Positions 1 through 9,387 of a stretch of DNA of 64,000 bases are shown piece after piece. The position numbers and the translations under genes are program-made. Position 1 is the first letter of the stretch. Each line of letters begins with the position of its first letter. The stretch is taken from the NCBI GenBank assembly GCA_963542015.1, contig CAUTUX010000002.1, positions 29,415 to 93,414 on the forward strand, given 5' to 3'. Below the pieces are notes generated by a model that saw only the letters and a list, made by a program, of their open reading frames with translations, did not search any database and had not been told where the DNA came from. The DNA is from an uncultured Clostridia bacterium. Its GTDB lineage: Bacteria > Bacillota > Clostridia > Christensenellales > CAG-917.

Positions 1-427
1 ATATGTGTTGTCCTAACTCGATTGCAATTACAGACACAACATACGCTCCTATCGGGTCACCTATTGGCAATCTAACTATCTTAGTTACGAAATCTCCTCG
101 TATTATCTCATAAGAAAAAGAACCTAGCATTCCTGCAATTGCTGCCGTTACCACGACTATTGGATGCGTTTTCAATTGAAGTGCAATACCAATCCCTATT
201 CCAGCACCCATAAGAAATTTTGCAATCTTGCATATTGCTAGTATGAATGCTCCTGTCCTCTGGGGATCCACTTCATTTATTAGTTTTCCAAACAGTTCAA
301 GAATTGTACCCGCTATCAGTGTACAGAACAGCCCTTTCGCCATTCCTGAAAACCCTTCAACAAAATATCTGTTAAATAGTCTCCTCGTGTTCTGAATTAT
401 TTTTGCCTTCAACTTTAAGCTCCTCAT
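1..427 (-). CDS. PTS EIIC_2-like polytopic membrane protein, N-terminal part only (gene runs off the left edge)
   Basis: Not in the ORF track because it has no stop in the window. Hand translation of the minus strand from ATG 427 gives MRSLKLKAKIIQNTRRLFNRYFVEGFSGMAKGLFCTLIAGTILELFGKL...FLMGAGIGIGIALQLK...GDPIGAYVVSVIAIELG. Alternative starts are TTG 412 (AGGAG 7 nt upstream) and ATG 343. The pattern matches my recollection of PF13303-type 'PTS IIC' membrane proteins. The start overlaps the 3' end of the upstream gene. Confidence 0.5.
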   Translation of the reverse strand, partial: MRSLKLKAKIIQNTRRLFNRYFVEGFSGMAKGLFCTLIAGTILELFGKLINEVDPQRTGAFILAICKIAKFLMGAGIGIGIALQLKTHPIVVVTAAIAGMLGSFSYEIIRGDFVTKIVRLPIGDPIGAYVVSVIAIELGQHI

Positions 428-1619
428 CCATTTTTATAAGTGCGTTTTTTATTAAATTGTATAATGTTCCTATATCGTTGAGAGTTGGTTGGTAATTCAA
501 AATTTTGCTCTTTTTTGCGTATATGGTTACCGAATCACATCCATATTTTTTTGCAATATCCGATGCATAGCGTTTGTCAATATCGAGTATCTTGTCGATT
601 ACCTTTGCATTCTCTCTTAGAATGTTTTTATCCTCTTCATACATATAACTGCAGAACTTGCTGAAATATTCTCCAACACGCTTATCCTTTGTTTTGGGAA
701 AACTTATTCTATATTCACCACTAACTATATCAACGACATTTATAGCAATATCTCCTTCAGATTTGTTTTGATCTCTAAAGAATGCCTTACTTCCTGAGTT
801 TGCAGCGGTTTCTCCACCAAAACTAACAAATTTAATGTTGTAGTTTTTCAGTTCATTCCCCTCATGAGAAAAATATTCAAAAAGTTTCTCTGTTACGGCA
901 ACTCCAATACCATTGTTAGTTATTATGTTCTTCTTGAAAAGTGAAAAATGTGAGATTATTAAATATACAGAAAACCCTACAGATATCAATGGCAACACTA
1001 CGAATACTGCCACTATTTGAGGATTCGTCTCTGCAATTATCGCTCTGATAATTATAAGCAACATATAAATTGCAGTCGCTATAGGTAACGCTATAGATGT
1101 TAGTTTTTTTGAAAATGCATAATCCCTCAAAAAAGAACCGTATTTTGCATCGTGATTAGAACAAAGGATTATGTTTTTTTTATCTGGAGTACTGATATCC
1201 CCCGCAACTACATTGTATGAAAATTTGGAAATTCCTACATTTGTAAATTTGCCAAATCCATATAAAAACAAACTGTGAATTGTGACTCCTGTTGATAATA
1301 TGAGGAAGCTTAAAATTGCCAATATTATATTCATGTATCTCATATTCGGATTTGAAAAAAATGAACAAAAGAAAATTACCATGCTGACACAATACCATAT
1401 AGACAAATATGGCATTGCTTTTCTACCAAAAACATCTGACAACTTATATGGCTCGAGTCTGGCATGTTTCCCTGTTTTTGATTCAATTCCATCTCTTAAA
1501 TGACGAGCAACTTCAATCTCATATATCGTCCCTGGAACTGCAAATTCTGCATCCTCAATATATGTGGCTTGTTGCATCATTTCTTCAGATATGTTGTCTT
1601 CTCTAAAATCTGTATTCAC
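372..1619 (-). CDS. hypothetical polytopic membrane protein with a degenerate M28/Zn-aminopeptidase-like portion
   Basis: 415-aa ORF with a GTG start at 1619 and AAGGGAAG just upstream. Several hydrophobic spans (YLSIWYCVSMVIFFCSFF, IALPIATAIYMLLIIIRAII). The blocks CSNHDAKYGS and FVSFGGETAANSGSKAF loosely resemble M28 peptidase metal-ligand blocks. The function is a guess. Confidence 0.4.
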   Translation of the reverse strand: MNTDFREDNISEEMMQQATYIEDAEFAVPGTIYEIEVARHLRDGIESKTGKHARLEPYKLSDVFGRKAMPYLSIWYCVSMVIFFCSFFSNPNMRYMNIILAILSFLILSTGVTIHSLFLYGFGKFTNVGISKFSYNVVAGDISTPDKKNIILCSNHDAKYGSFLRDYAFSKKLTSIALPIATAIYMLLIIIRAIIAETNPQIVAVFVVLPLISVGFSVYLIISHFSLFKKNIITNNGIGVAVTEKLFEYFSHEGNELKNYNIKFVSFGGETAANSGSKAFFRDQNKSEGDIAINVVDIVSGEYRISFPKTKDKRVGEYFSKFCSYMYEEDKNILRENAKVIDKILDIDKRYASDIAKKYGCDSVTIYAKKSKILNYQPTLNDIGTLYNLIKNALIKMDEELKVEGKNNSEHEETI

Positions 1620-1699
1620 TACTTCCCTTTGCTATCTTTATAATTGTACCTTTATTACTTTGTATTTCAAAATAAAAACTATTTCCGTGCTTATATAAC

Positions 1700-1729
1700 A
1701 AAAAAGGCGGGCATAAACCCGCCTTTTTA
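1700..1729 (-). terminator. intrinsic terminator (bidirectional hairpin) after the 862-aa lipoprotein gene
   Basis: AAAAAAGGCGGGcataaaCCCGCCTTTTTAA. GGCGGG (1706-1711) pairs with CCCGCC (1718-1723), with A/T runs on both sides. Confidence 0.8.
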
Positions 1730-1747
1730 AATGCACTCAAATTGCAC

Positions 1748-4336
1748 TTATGCTACATACTTCCCAAAATCAGTCTCGTAATCTGGAGTAAATGCATCAA
1801 ATTTTTTTGTTTCTGCATTTGTTCCAACAACGCATTCTGTCTTTGATGTTGTTTTGATTGTGAATCCTGATTTAATTCCTACATTAGATTCAAAGCTTAT
1901 TCCACCTTCGATCAATGTCATTTTTAATGTTCCATTAGATTCATTAAAATCTATTACCATTTTTTTAGCTGTTGTAATGCCTTTTGATCCCTTTAAAATT
2001 TTTAAGATTCTGCCTACTCCATAATTTGCTAATGTTTCCTTAAACTCTTCTTCACTTACAGCATGGTCTTTGAATTTTTCTTTATAGTTCATATAAGTAT
2101 ATCCTTTATCTGCATACTGATATTTCAAAGCCTCTCTTGCTTCCTCTTTAAATTTCTTTAATGCCTCGTCCTTATCTTTTCCTTCTGTCATCTTATCAAT
2201 TTCTTCCAGTGACTTTGTGAAAATTCCCAAATGATTGTATGCCTCAACATATTTGCTGTCTAAAGCTAGCTGATATGCAACTATCTGATCTCTGTCACCA
2301 TTGCCTACTGTTGCAAAGTATGCACTGAGTTCTGATTTTTTATTAAGTTCCAATGTATCAGCTGTATAGTTCCTAATTGACTCAAACATCTTCTTAACTA
2401 AATCTACAAAATTCTTTTTATCAGTGAATGTAAGGTTTCTTAATTTCGCTCTTTCTGATTTGAGATTTTTAAATTGATCATCTTGATGTATGAATCTCTC
2501 TCTAAAGAACTTAACTACATTTACATCCTTTACTCTAAATTTCTTAGGAGCATTTGCTTTTATTTTACTTCCTATTCCAAAAGCGAACTGTTTAACTGCC
2601 TTATCAGCATTCTCCGTATCCTTTTCATACTTATCAAATGTTGTGGCATCATTGTCGGCTGCAGTATCTTGTGGTGTGCTATAGTATTTTTCAAAAATTG
2701 CTTTTGCTAATGCTTCTGCTTCTGCTTGTGCTACATGTCTAAATGCATCGTCTTTTGTCTTTACTAAGCTTAAGGCTCTAATAAAATGCTTTGATGCAAA
2801 ATGGAATATTTTTGATGCAGGAACTCCGCCTACCTTGTTGTCAGTTACTTCTAATTCAAATGTGTTCCCATTAAATGTTGCTTGTAACAGTGTTTCTCCG
2901 TTGGCGTTTGTTGCTGTGAAATATCCAGCTGTTTTGTTTCCACTTTCATTGAATAAATCTAATGTATATTCGCTTTTTAATGTTATCTTTTCAGCGTTAT
3001 CTACCGTGTTGAATATATCTTCATCACTGAAAGACTTTGAAAATTTACTTAAATTTAATTTCAATCCTTCTATTTCATAAGTTGTTTCAGAAACTACTTT
3101 ATAGTCTTGTTTGTAATCACTTAAATTAATTCCAAATGTGCTTGCAATATCCTCTTGCGTAGGATCTTCTTTATATTGCTTTGCAACCATATTCTCAATT
3201 CTTGTTTTGAACCCAAATCCTTTGCTAACCCCTTTCTTTTCTACTTTGTAAGTTCCAAGTTTCATTGCAAATTCTATTGCGGACAATGCATCACCTTTTT
3301 TATCGTATCTGAACATTAACGAGTCATTTTTACCAATAACATTTTTCAATTTAGTTCCTATCAATCCAAGCTCTTCAATTTTAATCTGATTCTTGTTTTT
3401 ATCTGCAACTATATTAAGTGTGCTTCTTACTGTATCGTTTTTTAATACTTCATATATATCAATTTCGTTTTGTGAATTAATTAACTTACTTGCATCAATA
3501 CCAATCGTTCCCAGCACTCCCTCATTTCCCTTTATCATTTCTTTAACGAATTCAATTATTGATACTTCTTTATTGCTTTTTTGTGAGTATACTTTTATAT
3601 CTTTAATTAATGCATTTATAGCTTTATTTAATGAGAATTCTGGACCAAATGAAGAGAGAAGATTTTTATAATGCTCTATCAATGGCTTTGATGTAAGAGC
3701 TTTTAACATTTTGCCTATTCCATCTTTATCTAAGTCCATTCCAAACTCGTTTACAAGTTTGTTTTTTAATCCATCCTCAGTATCTAAAAGTTCTTTTAGC
3801 ATTGCAGGATATGAACTATCGCTTCCGTTATTATATTTCCCTGCATCAAATTTGAACTCTACTTTTCTGCCAGCAATGTCAAAATATACTGTATCCATTT
3901 TATTTAGGAAATATGCCACTGACCCTACTGTTTTCCCTGCTGTTTTGTTATAGACAGATGCATAAAATGCACTGTTCTTGTATCCATTTTTACGATCTAT
4001 AACGACATTTGTCTTAATCTGATATTCAACTTCTGAATCTTGTACAAAGTCTCCTACTTTATCACTTTGCCCTACTTTTAGAGTGATGTCTGCACTTGCG
4101 TTTATAACTTTGTCAGGATCAACTTTTTCTTTTCCCGCATTGCTTATTGCGTTATTTAAATCACTTAAAATCTCGCTATACGCCTTTTTTTGGGCTTCCA
4201 CTGCTTTTGTTTGCTCTTCTTGTTTTTGTTGTGGTTTCTTTTTGTCTTTCTTTGCACATCCAGATGCTCCTAATCCCAACAAAGCAAGCATCGCAACTAT
4301 AAGTGTAATTAAAATACCTCTAACTGCTTTTTTCAT
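1748..4336 (-). CDS. large lipoprotein, no recognisable domain
   Basis: 862 aa. AGGAGG lies 7 nt upstream of ATG 4336. Signal peptide plus lipobox (MKKAVRGILITLIVAMLALLGLGASGC). The rest is hydrophilic and K/E/D-rich. Confidence 0.7.
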   Translation of the reverse strand: MKKAVRGILITLIVAMLALLGLGASGCAKKDKKKPQQKQEEQTKAVEAQKKAYSEILSDLNNAISNAGKEKVDPDKVINASADITLKVGQSDKVGDFVQDSEVEYQIKTNVVIDRKNGYKNSAFYASVYNKTAGKTVGSVAYFLNKMDTVYFDIAGRKVEFKFDAGKYNNGSDSSYPAMLKELLDTEDGLKNKLVNEFGMDLDKDGIGKMLKALTSKPLIEHYKNLLSSFGPEFSLNKAINALIKDIKVYSQKSNKEVSIIEFVKEMIKGNEGVLGTIGIDASKLINSQNEIDIYEVLKNDTVRSTLNIVADKNKNQIKIEELGLIGTKLKNVIGKNDSLMFRYDKKGDALSAIEFAMKLGTYKVEKKGVSKGFGFKTRIENMVAKQYKEDPTQEDIASTFGINLSDYKQDYKVVSETTYEIEGLKLNLSKFSKSFSDEDIFNTVDNAEKITLKSEYTLDLFNESGNKTAGYFTATNANGETLLQATFNGNTFELEVTDNKVGGVPASKIFHFASKHFIRALSLVKTKDDAFRHVAQAEAEALAKAIFEKYYSTPQDTAADNDATTFDKYEKDTENADKAVKQFAFGIGSKIKANAPKKFRVKDVNVVKFFRERFIHQDDQFKNLKSERAKLRNLTFTDKKNFVDLVKKMFESIRNYTADTLELNKKSELSAYFATVGNGDRDQIVAYQLALDSKYVEAYNHLGIFTKSLEEIDKMTEGKDKDEALKKFKEEAREALKYQYADKGYTYMNYKEKFKDHAVSEEEFKETLANYGVGRILKILKGSKGITTAKKMVIDFNESNGTLKMTLIEGGISFESNVGIKSGFTIKTTSKTECVVGTNAETKKFDAFTPDYETDFGKYVA

Positions 4337-4363
4337 ATTTTCCTCCTATTTCTCATATCTCTA

Positions 4364-6097
4364 TTATTGTATTCCCTTCTTTGCTTTCATATTAAGTCTT
4401 TCTTCTCTCAATACACATGCACCTATTACCATAAGGAATCCTATAGCTCCTACGATATATACATTTCTTCTTACGGCTGTAAGGTTTATAACTCCGAGCA
4501 ACTGTGCACTTGAATTAAGCCATGAAGCATCTTGATATCCAAGTTGCCCTACCTTTGCACTTTGTGGATACAAATCTACATTGAGTACACCATCGTCATC
4601 AAGATATGGGTTAATACCAAGTTTTGCTCCACCACTAAGCATCTGAACTATTTTTGATACTCCGTTACCGTCTGGAGTGCCTTCCAGAAGTTGGTTTAAT
4701 GTCTGAACTACTGTAGAACTATCCAAAAGTCCTTTCACAATATTTCCCAATTCAAGTCCAGCAACCTTAAGGCTGTTTAAATCTTTTTTAACTAATGTTT
4801 GTGCTTTCCCATCCATATCAAGTACTGTCCATTTCATAGCAACTTCTACTTGTCCATTTTCATGAATTATACGACCTTTTGACTTTACAAAATCAACACT
4901 CTTCCCATTTCTAAATTCACCACCTGCTCTCTTATATTCTTCAAGTAGTTTCATGTCACTTGTCATAAATAAGTGTCCGTGCCATCCAACTTGTTTGTCT
5001 GCATCTTTTATAGGATCTATTTTATTTCCATGTGCATCCACTGCATAAGTTTTTTCATTTCTTGGATTGGCAATCAATCTAAATAACATTCCTGGAGTTT
5101 GTCTACCCTCTGCTTGTGCATATGAAATTCCAGGATCAAGAAATGTTTGATACCCATCCTTATCTAATGATGCAAAATTTTGTTCTCTTAATTGTTTCAT
5201 CTTTTTGTCTTTAAATCCGACCTTGCATATTTTTTCAAATACAGGATATTGTTTTTCAAATACTGCTAATGCTATTGCTCTTCTCTTTCTTACACCTTCT
5301 TCTCCAGATTTTAAAGAATAGTCCATATCTCTTAACACATGATTGGTGTACAAATAATCAAAGAATTCCTTCTGCCTACTGTTAAAGCCTTTTAAAGTAT
5401 TAGATACTAATGTTTCATTGTCTGCATATTTCCTATATGTTGCATCTATAAACTCATTCTTATAACCTGTGATTGGGTCTCCCTTTTTATGATCAATTAG
5501 TCCTTCTGTTGGCGTTGATAAAGCTTCATATCCGATAGTTGGATCGTATGCACCTGCTGTAATAGTTGTCATGAAATATTTTCTATCAAGTTTTCCTATT
5601 GCTTCTATTTGTTGGTCAGTGTTGTAATATATATCTTCCATTAATAATGTTTTCTGTGTTGCTTCTCTTATTTGGTTTGGAAGCACGTAATCAAGTGCAA
5701 GTACTAAAACTAATAGAATTCCGAAATATGCAACTCCTACTTTAATTGTCTGCGTCCTTGCTGAACTTTTTGATTTTGGTCTAAGAATAAGTGGCACAGA
5801 TATTATATATGGTATTGCCACAACTATAAGGAATAATGCTCCAAGGAATGGCCAGAAAGAATAATATGGCATTAGTTTACTTGCCTTTACTCCGACGGCC
5901 ATTGCATAAATAAACATCGTTAAAAATGGCAACGATAAAAGCACTATGGTAAATACAAACATTAATATGGCTGTTGAGTTGGGTTTTATTGTTTCTTTCT
6001 TGCCCATATCTTGTTTTATTTCATTTTCTTTTTCATTTACAGAGGTTGTATGATCATTCAAATTATTTTCATTGTTTTCCATTTTTTCGTCTATCAT
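4364..6097 (-). CDS. hypothetical envelope protein: N-terminal TM bundle, large extracytoplasmic domain, C-terminal TM anchor
   Basis: 577 aa. ATG 6097 overlaps the upstream stop as ATGA, with a G5 Shine-Dalgarno (GGAAGGGGGCG). Hydrophobic spans near the N-terminus (ILMFVFTIVLLSLPFLTMFIYAMAV, FWPFLGALFLIVVAIPYII, VAYFGILLVLVLAL) and at the C-terminus (VYIVGAIGFLMVIGACVL). Confidence 0.65.
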   Translation of the reverse strand: MIDEKMENNENNLNDHTTSVNEKENEIKQDMGKKETIKPNSTAILMFVFTIVLLSLPFLTMFIYAMAVGVKASKLMPYYSFWPFLGALFLIVVAIPYIISVPLILRPKSKSSARTQTIKVGVAYFGILLVLVLALDYVLPNQIREATQKTLLMEDIYYNTDQQIEAIGKLDRKYFMTTITAGAYDPTIGYEALSTPTEGLIDHKKGDPITGYKNEFIDATYRKYADNETLVSNTLKGFNSRQKEFFDYLYTNHVLRDMDYSLKSGEEGVRKRRAIALAVFEKQYPVFEKICKVGFKDKKMKQLREQNFASLDKDGYQTFLDPGISYAQAEGRQTPGMLFRLIANPRNEKTYAVDAHGNKIDPIKDADKQVGWHGHLFMTSDMKLLEEYKRAGGEFRNGKSVDFVKSKGRIIHENGQVEVAMKWTVLDMDGKAQTLVKKDLNSLKVAGLELGNIVKGLLDSSTVVQTLNQLLEGTPDGNGVSKIVQMLSGGAKLGINPYLDDDGVLNVDLYPQSAKVGQLGYQDASWLNSSAQLLGVINLTAVRRNVYIVGAIGFLMVIGACVLREERLNMKAKKGIQ

Positions 6098-8301
6098 TTT
6101 TCTTCGCCCCCTTCCTGTTTGGTTTCAGTTGCCTCGTCATTTGTAATTATACTTTCATCTTTTTTAACTTCTTGTTGTCCGCTTTCTGTATCTTTCTGCT
6201 CTTTCGCTTTTTCTTCTTTAGCCTTTGCTTTTCTTTCTTGCATCTTACCTATGCCTTCAATCATTTTTCCTTCCATTGCTGACATATAACAAGCAAGGAA
6301 TGTAGCAAATACTGCTATTAACAAAAATACCATTAACATTTCTCTTGCTATTAAAATCGGATACATTTTAGGGAACAACTCATTTTCTATTTTAAGCTGA
6401 TTAATTGCATCTAAATTGTTAAATTGGCTTTGTTTAGCTACCATTGCACCAGCTCCAAGTTTATCCCCAGCGAGGAAAGATGCGTTTGGTATAAGTGTTG
6501 ACCCTACTAAAGCTCCTCTTAAACCACCTTCTTCCAATGCAGAGTCTCTCTGTGCATATAATTTTTGTTCTGCTTTTTCAAAATCAGAACCATCTTTATC
6601 AACATAATATTCATACAATGGCTTCAATACTGGTGAACGATATGAATAAATACCACCTAATAATTTCTCAATTGTTTTTTCAACATTTAAGAATTTTCCA
6701 TTTTTCATTTCTTCTAAGTTATAGAACTCTATTGGTAACTTACCTTTTACTAATCCAACAACTGTATTTATAAGACTTGGGTCAACTCCTGTTATCTTTA
6801 TTACATTTGCTATTAAACCATTAACTATTTCACCCAACTGTTTAACGGTCATTGTCTCATCAAGGAATATATCTGTCGCCCACTTCCCAGAAGCATCTTC
6901 CATTACAAGGTGCAACTGTGGAAATTCATTACCTGGATTGTTTGGATTGATTTCTTTTTTGATTGTAATCTTTACTTCCATCAAATCCAATTTCTCAAAT
7001 ATTGGTTTTACTTTTTCCTTTAAATTAAATCCAAATAATGTTGGTAAATGATCGAGCAAATCTCCAAATTTTATTCCCTCATTGAGCAATCTTTTAATTT
7101 CTGATATGTTGCCTGTTTTCAACAAGTCTTCCAACTGCCCCAATGCTTTTAACTGAGCAATGCTTGAAGTTAATGTTCCAACAATCTTATCAAGCTTTTC
7201 GTTAGTTAATCCAAATTTTTCTTTATTGTGTATTGTTTCTCTTTCATATACATCAAGCATTCCTTTAGCGATATAATCTGCCTTTCTTCTCTCTTCTGCA
7301 AGAGTCAGCATGTCTTCATAGTTTACCGTATGGCTACTCTTCTCAAGCTCTGCAACAGCATAATAATAGTCATATAATACATTTAATGCTGTTTCTACAC
7401 TGTACACATATCCATCGCCTAATTCTCCATTTGTATTGTATAGTGCATATCCATATTTGCCATTCTTCCATTGTGGAACATATGACTTTCTAAAATATCT
7501 ATATTGGTCTCCGTCTTGTATGATGGTTACATCTTTTTCAATAAATGTTTTTTTCTCCCATTCACTTCCGTTATATACTTCTGCATCAAATTTAAGATAT
7601 CCTGTATTTTCAACCAGCTTGCCTTTTTTATATTTTGCACCAGTTGGCTTCACTCTAATTAATTCATCATCACGTTTGTTTTCACCTATTGCTGGCTCAA
7701 GTTTCCCATTCTTATCATAGTCAATTCCAAAATCGAAATATGTTAATGGCTGATTTGCAAATGAACCTGTTGTATTACCATAAAACTCAACATTTCTTTG
7801 TATGTGATATGTTCTTAAAAAAGTTTCTATTTTATTTGCAAATTGACTTGAATATGTGTTGTATCCACCCGTCCTTGGTCTTGTATAGCCGAGCATCTTT
7901 TCATAATTCTGAATATTTACACCTTTAGGGGCACTTTCTTGTATCTTTGTTATTTTACTTCTATATGCACCATCAATAGATACAAGAGGAATCAACATAA
8001 CAACAAGAGTAACTGCTGTCATTGAAAGCATTTTTATTCTTACATTTTTTACCGTTATGGCTATTGCAATATGAGAACTCACAATTATTACAAAAAGTCC
8101 CAATGCTATCCATATTGGATAATAATATGCTTTCCCCAATACTGGAAGTTTACCCATCTTAGGCACTTGTGTTGTGAATGCATTAACTCCAACTACATCT
8201 TTAGCAGCAAGAACAATGACCGCTAGAAAAAAAAGCGGAACTCCTAAAAAATATATTAAATATTTAATAAGCTTGATAATCTCAATCTTCCTATCACTCA
8301 T
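6094..8301 (-). CDS. hypothetical envelope protein with the same architecture (N-terminal TMs, large external domain, C-terminal TM, K/E-rich tail)
   Basis: The ORF track starts at 8358, which is a TTG. ATG 8301 (MSDRKIEII...) is preceded by GCTGGGGGGCG (a G6 SD), so I prefer it. C-terminal TM is MVFLLIAVFATFLACYMS, followed by a KAKAKEEKAKE tail. Confidence 0.6.
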   Translation of the reverse strand: MSDRKIEIIKLIKYLIYFLGVPLFFLAVIVLAAKDVVGVNAFTTQVPKMGKLPVLGKAYYYPIWIALGLFVIIVSSHIAIAITVKNVRIKMLSMTAVTLVVMLIPLVSIDGAYRSKITKIQESAPKGVNIQNYEKMLGYTRPRTGGYNTYSSQFANKIETFLRTYHIQRNVEFYGNTTGSFANQPLTYFDFGIDYDKNGKLEPAIGENKRDDELIRVKPTGAKYKKGKLVENTGYLKFDAEVYNGSEWEKKTFIEKDVTIIQDGDQYRYFRKSYVPQWKNGKYGYALYNTNGELGDGYVYSVETALNVLYDYYYAVAELEKSSHTVNYEDMLTLAEERRKADYIAKGMLDVYERETIHNKEKFGLTNEKLDKIVGTLTSSIAQLKALGQLEDLLKTGNISEIKRLLNEGIKFGDLLDHLPTLFGFNLKEKVKPIFEKLDLMEVKITIKKEINPNNPGNEFPQLHLVMEDASGKWATDIFLDETMTVKQLGEIVNGLIANVIKITGVDPSLINTVVGLVKGKLPIEFYNLEEMKNGKFLNVEKTIEKLLGGIYSYRSPVLKPLYEYYVDKDGSDFEKAEQKLYAQRDSALEEGGLRGALVGSTLIPNASFLAGDKLGAGAMVAKQSQFNNLDAINQLKIENELFPKMYPILIAREMLMVFLLIAVFATFLACYMSAMEGKMIEGIGKMQERKAKAKEEKAKEQKDTESGQQEVKKDESIITNDEATETKQEGGEEK

Positions 8302-8437
8302 GAAACGCCCCCCAGCTATGAAGTTGCCTAAATACGACAACCAAAAATTTCCTTTCAAAGTGTATATATAAATATATTACAATAACCACCCTGAATGTGT
8401 AAATATCAAATTTTCTTAAAAAGTTTTATAAAATCTG

Positions 8438-8465
8438 TTGACATCTATACTCATGGTGCTATTAT
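8438..8465 (+). promoter_or_regulatory. sigma-A type promoter of hsp20
   Basis: TTGACA (8438-8443), a 16-nt spacer containing TG at 8457-8458 (extended -10), then TATTAT (8460-8465). Confidence 0.6.
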
Positions 8466-8469
8466 GTGT

Positions 8470-8496
8470 TTAGCAATTGCGTGCGTTGAGTGCTAA
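8470..8496 (+). promoter_or_regulatory. CIRCE-like inverted repeat (HrcA operator)
   Basis: TTAGCAATT-N9-GAGTGCTAA against the CIRCE consensus TTAGCACTC-N9-GAGTGCTAA. One arm is perfect and the other has 2 mismatches. It sits between the -10 box and the SD of hsp20. Confidence 0.6.
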
Positions 8497-8542
8497 CACT
8501 CAATGAAATAGATTGCTAAAAATAAAACTTAGGAGGTACGAT

Positions 8543-8872
8543 ATGTACAATTTTTTACAACCATTTGATTTTGGAAGAAATTTCTTCGGGGACTTTGACA
8601 GTGACATGTCAAATAGAGATAGGATGCTAGAGGAAGAAAAAGCCTATACTATAACCATAACAATCCCTGGCTTTAACAAGGATGAAATAGAATTATATGT
8701 TGAAGATGGCGTTTTAAAGCTTAATGCTGAAAATAAAGATCGCAAATACACTAGGTCTTATGCTTTACCAGACATCTCAGATGAAGAGATCTCTGCAAAA
8801 CTTGAAAACGGCATTCTAATCGTGTCGATCCCAAAAAGAGAACCTGTCAAAAAACTAATTAAAATTGACTAA
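8543..8872 (+). CDS. hsp20: small heat-shock protein, Hsp20/alpha-crystallin family
   Basis: ATG 8543 follows TAGGAGGT. Alpha-crystallin-like blocks are present (YTITITIPGFNKDEIELYVEDGVLKLNAE...RSYALPDISDEEISAKLENGILIVSIPK). The ORF-track start at 8513 lacks an SD. Confidence 0.85.
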   Translation: MYNFLQPFDFGRNFFGDFDSDMSNRDRMLEEEKAYTITITIPGFNKDEIELYVEDGVLKLNAENKDRKYTRSYALPDISDEEISAKLENGILIVSIPKREPVKKLIKID

Positions 8873-8895
8873 TCTGAAAAACCGATGATTTGATT

Positions 8896-8932
8896 AAAAA
8901 AATACACCGTCGTAATGGCGGTGTATTTTTTT
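8896..8932. terminator. bidirectional intrinsic terminator between convergent genes
   Basis: AAAAAAATACACCGtcgtaatggCGGTGTATTTTTTT. Confidence 0.8.
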
Positions 8933-8942
8933 ACCTATTTAT

Positions 8943-9365
8943 TTATTGATTTGAACTGTTATATGCCTTATTTATCTGATTCCACAAAGCATATCTTTTA
9001 AAGTAATTTACAATTGTCCAAATGTATAGAGTAAATACTCCAAAGAAAACTGATAAAATCCAAGATGTTGCTGTGAGTTTTGGCTTTTCTCCATTCCTTC
9101 TTGATTTTTCTTCAAGACGCTTTATCATCTTATATTTATATATAAGCCAATATAGCCAACCAAAACCGACTAAGTCCAGCAACAAACTTATGAGAAAAGC
9201 TGTTAGTGGATTCTTTGTTTCTTTGCCATCATCAGCACACGTAATGTTGATTTCTTTTGCAAGCTGAAATGCCTGAACAATGTTATAAATCCCTAATGTC
9301 AAAATGCTGAACAAAAAGGATAAGGCACCAGATCTGCGTTCTTTTAATGATATTTTTTTATCCAT
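8943..9365 (-). CDS. small membrane protein, DUF4234-like (duplicated two-TM unit)
   Basis: ATG 9365 is preceded by GGAGGT. The sequence is MDKKISLKERRSGALSFLFSILTLGIYNIVQAF...FTLYIWTIVNYFKRY. The ORF-track extension to 9404 (MGGG...) runs through the G9 tract and has no SD. Confidence 0.6.
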   Translation of the reverse strand: MDKKISLKERRSGALSFLFSILTLGIYNIVQAFQLAKEINITCADDGKETKNPLTAFLISLLLDLVGFGWLYWLIYKYKMIKRLEEKSRRNGEKPKLTATSWILSVFFGVFTLYIWTIVNYFKRYALWNQINKAYNSSNQ

Positions 9366-9387
9366 TTTTACCTCCGTTGATGTTTTA

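Noticed and set aside
4083-4535. Many 60-180-aa ORFs antisense to long genes (e.g. 4083..4535 +, 11907..12341 +, 35955..36410 +, 36343..36807 +, 47765..48148 +, 49130..49684 +, 57365..57760 +).
   Set aside because: All lie wholly inside, and opposite to, well-supported genes. They are rich in F/L/S/I from reverse-complemented K/E/N codons and lack SD sequences. They are shadow ORFs.
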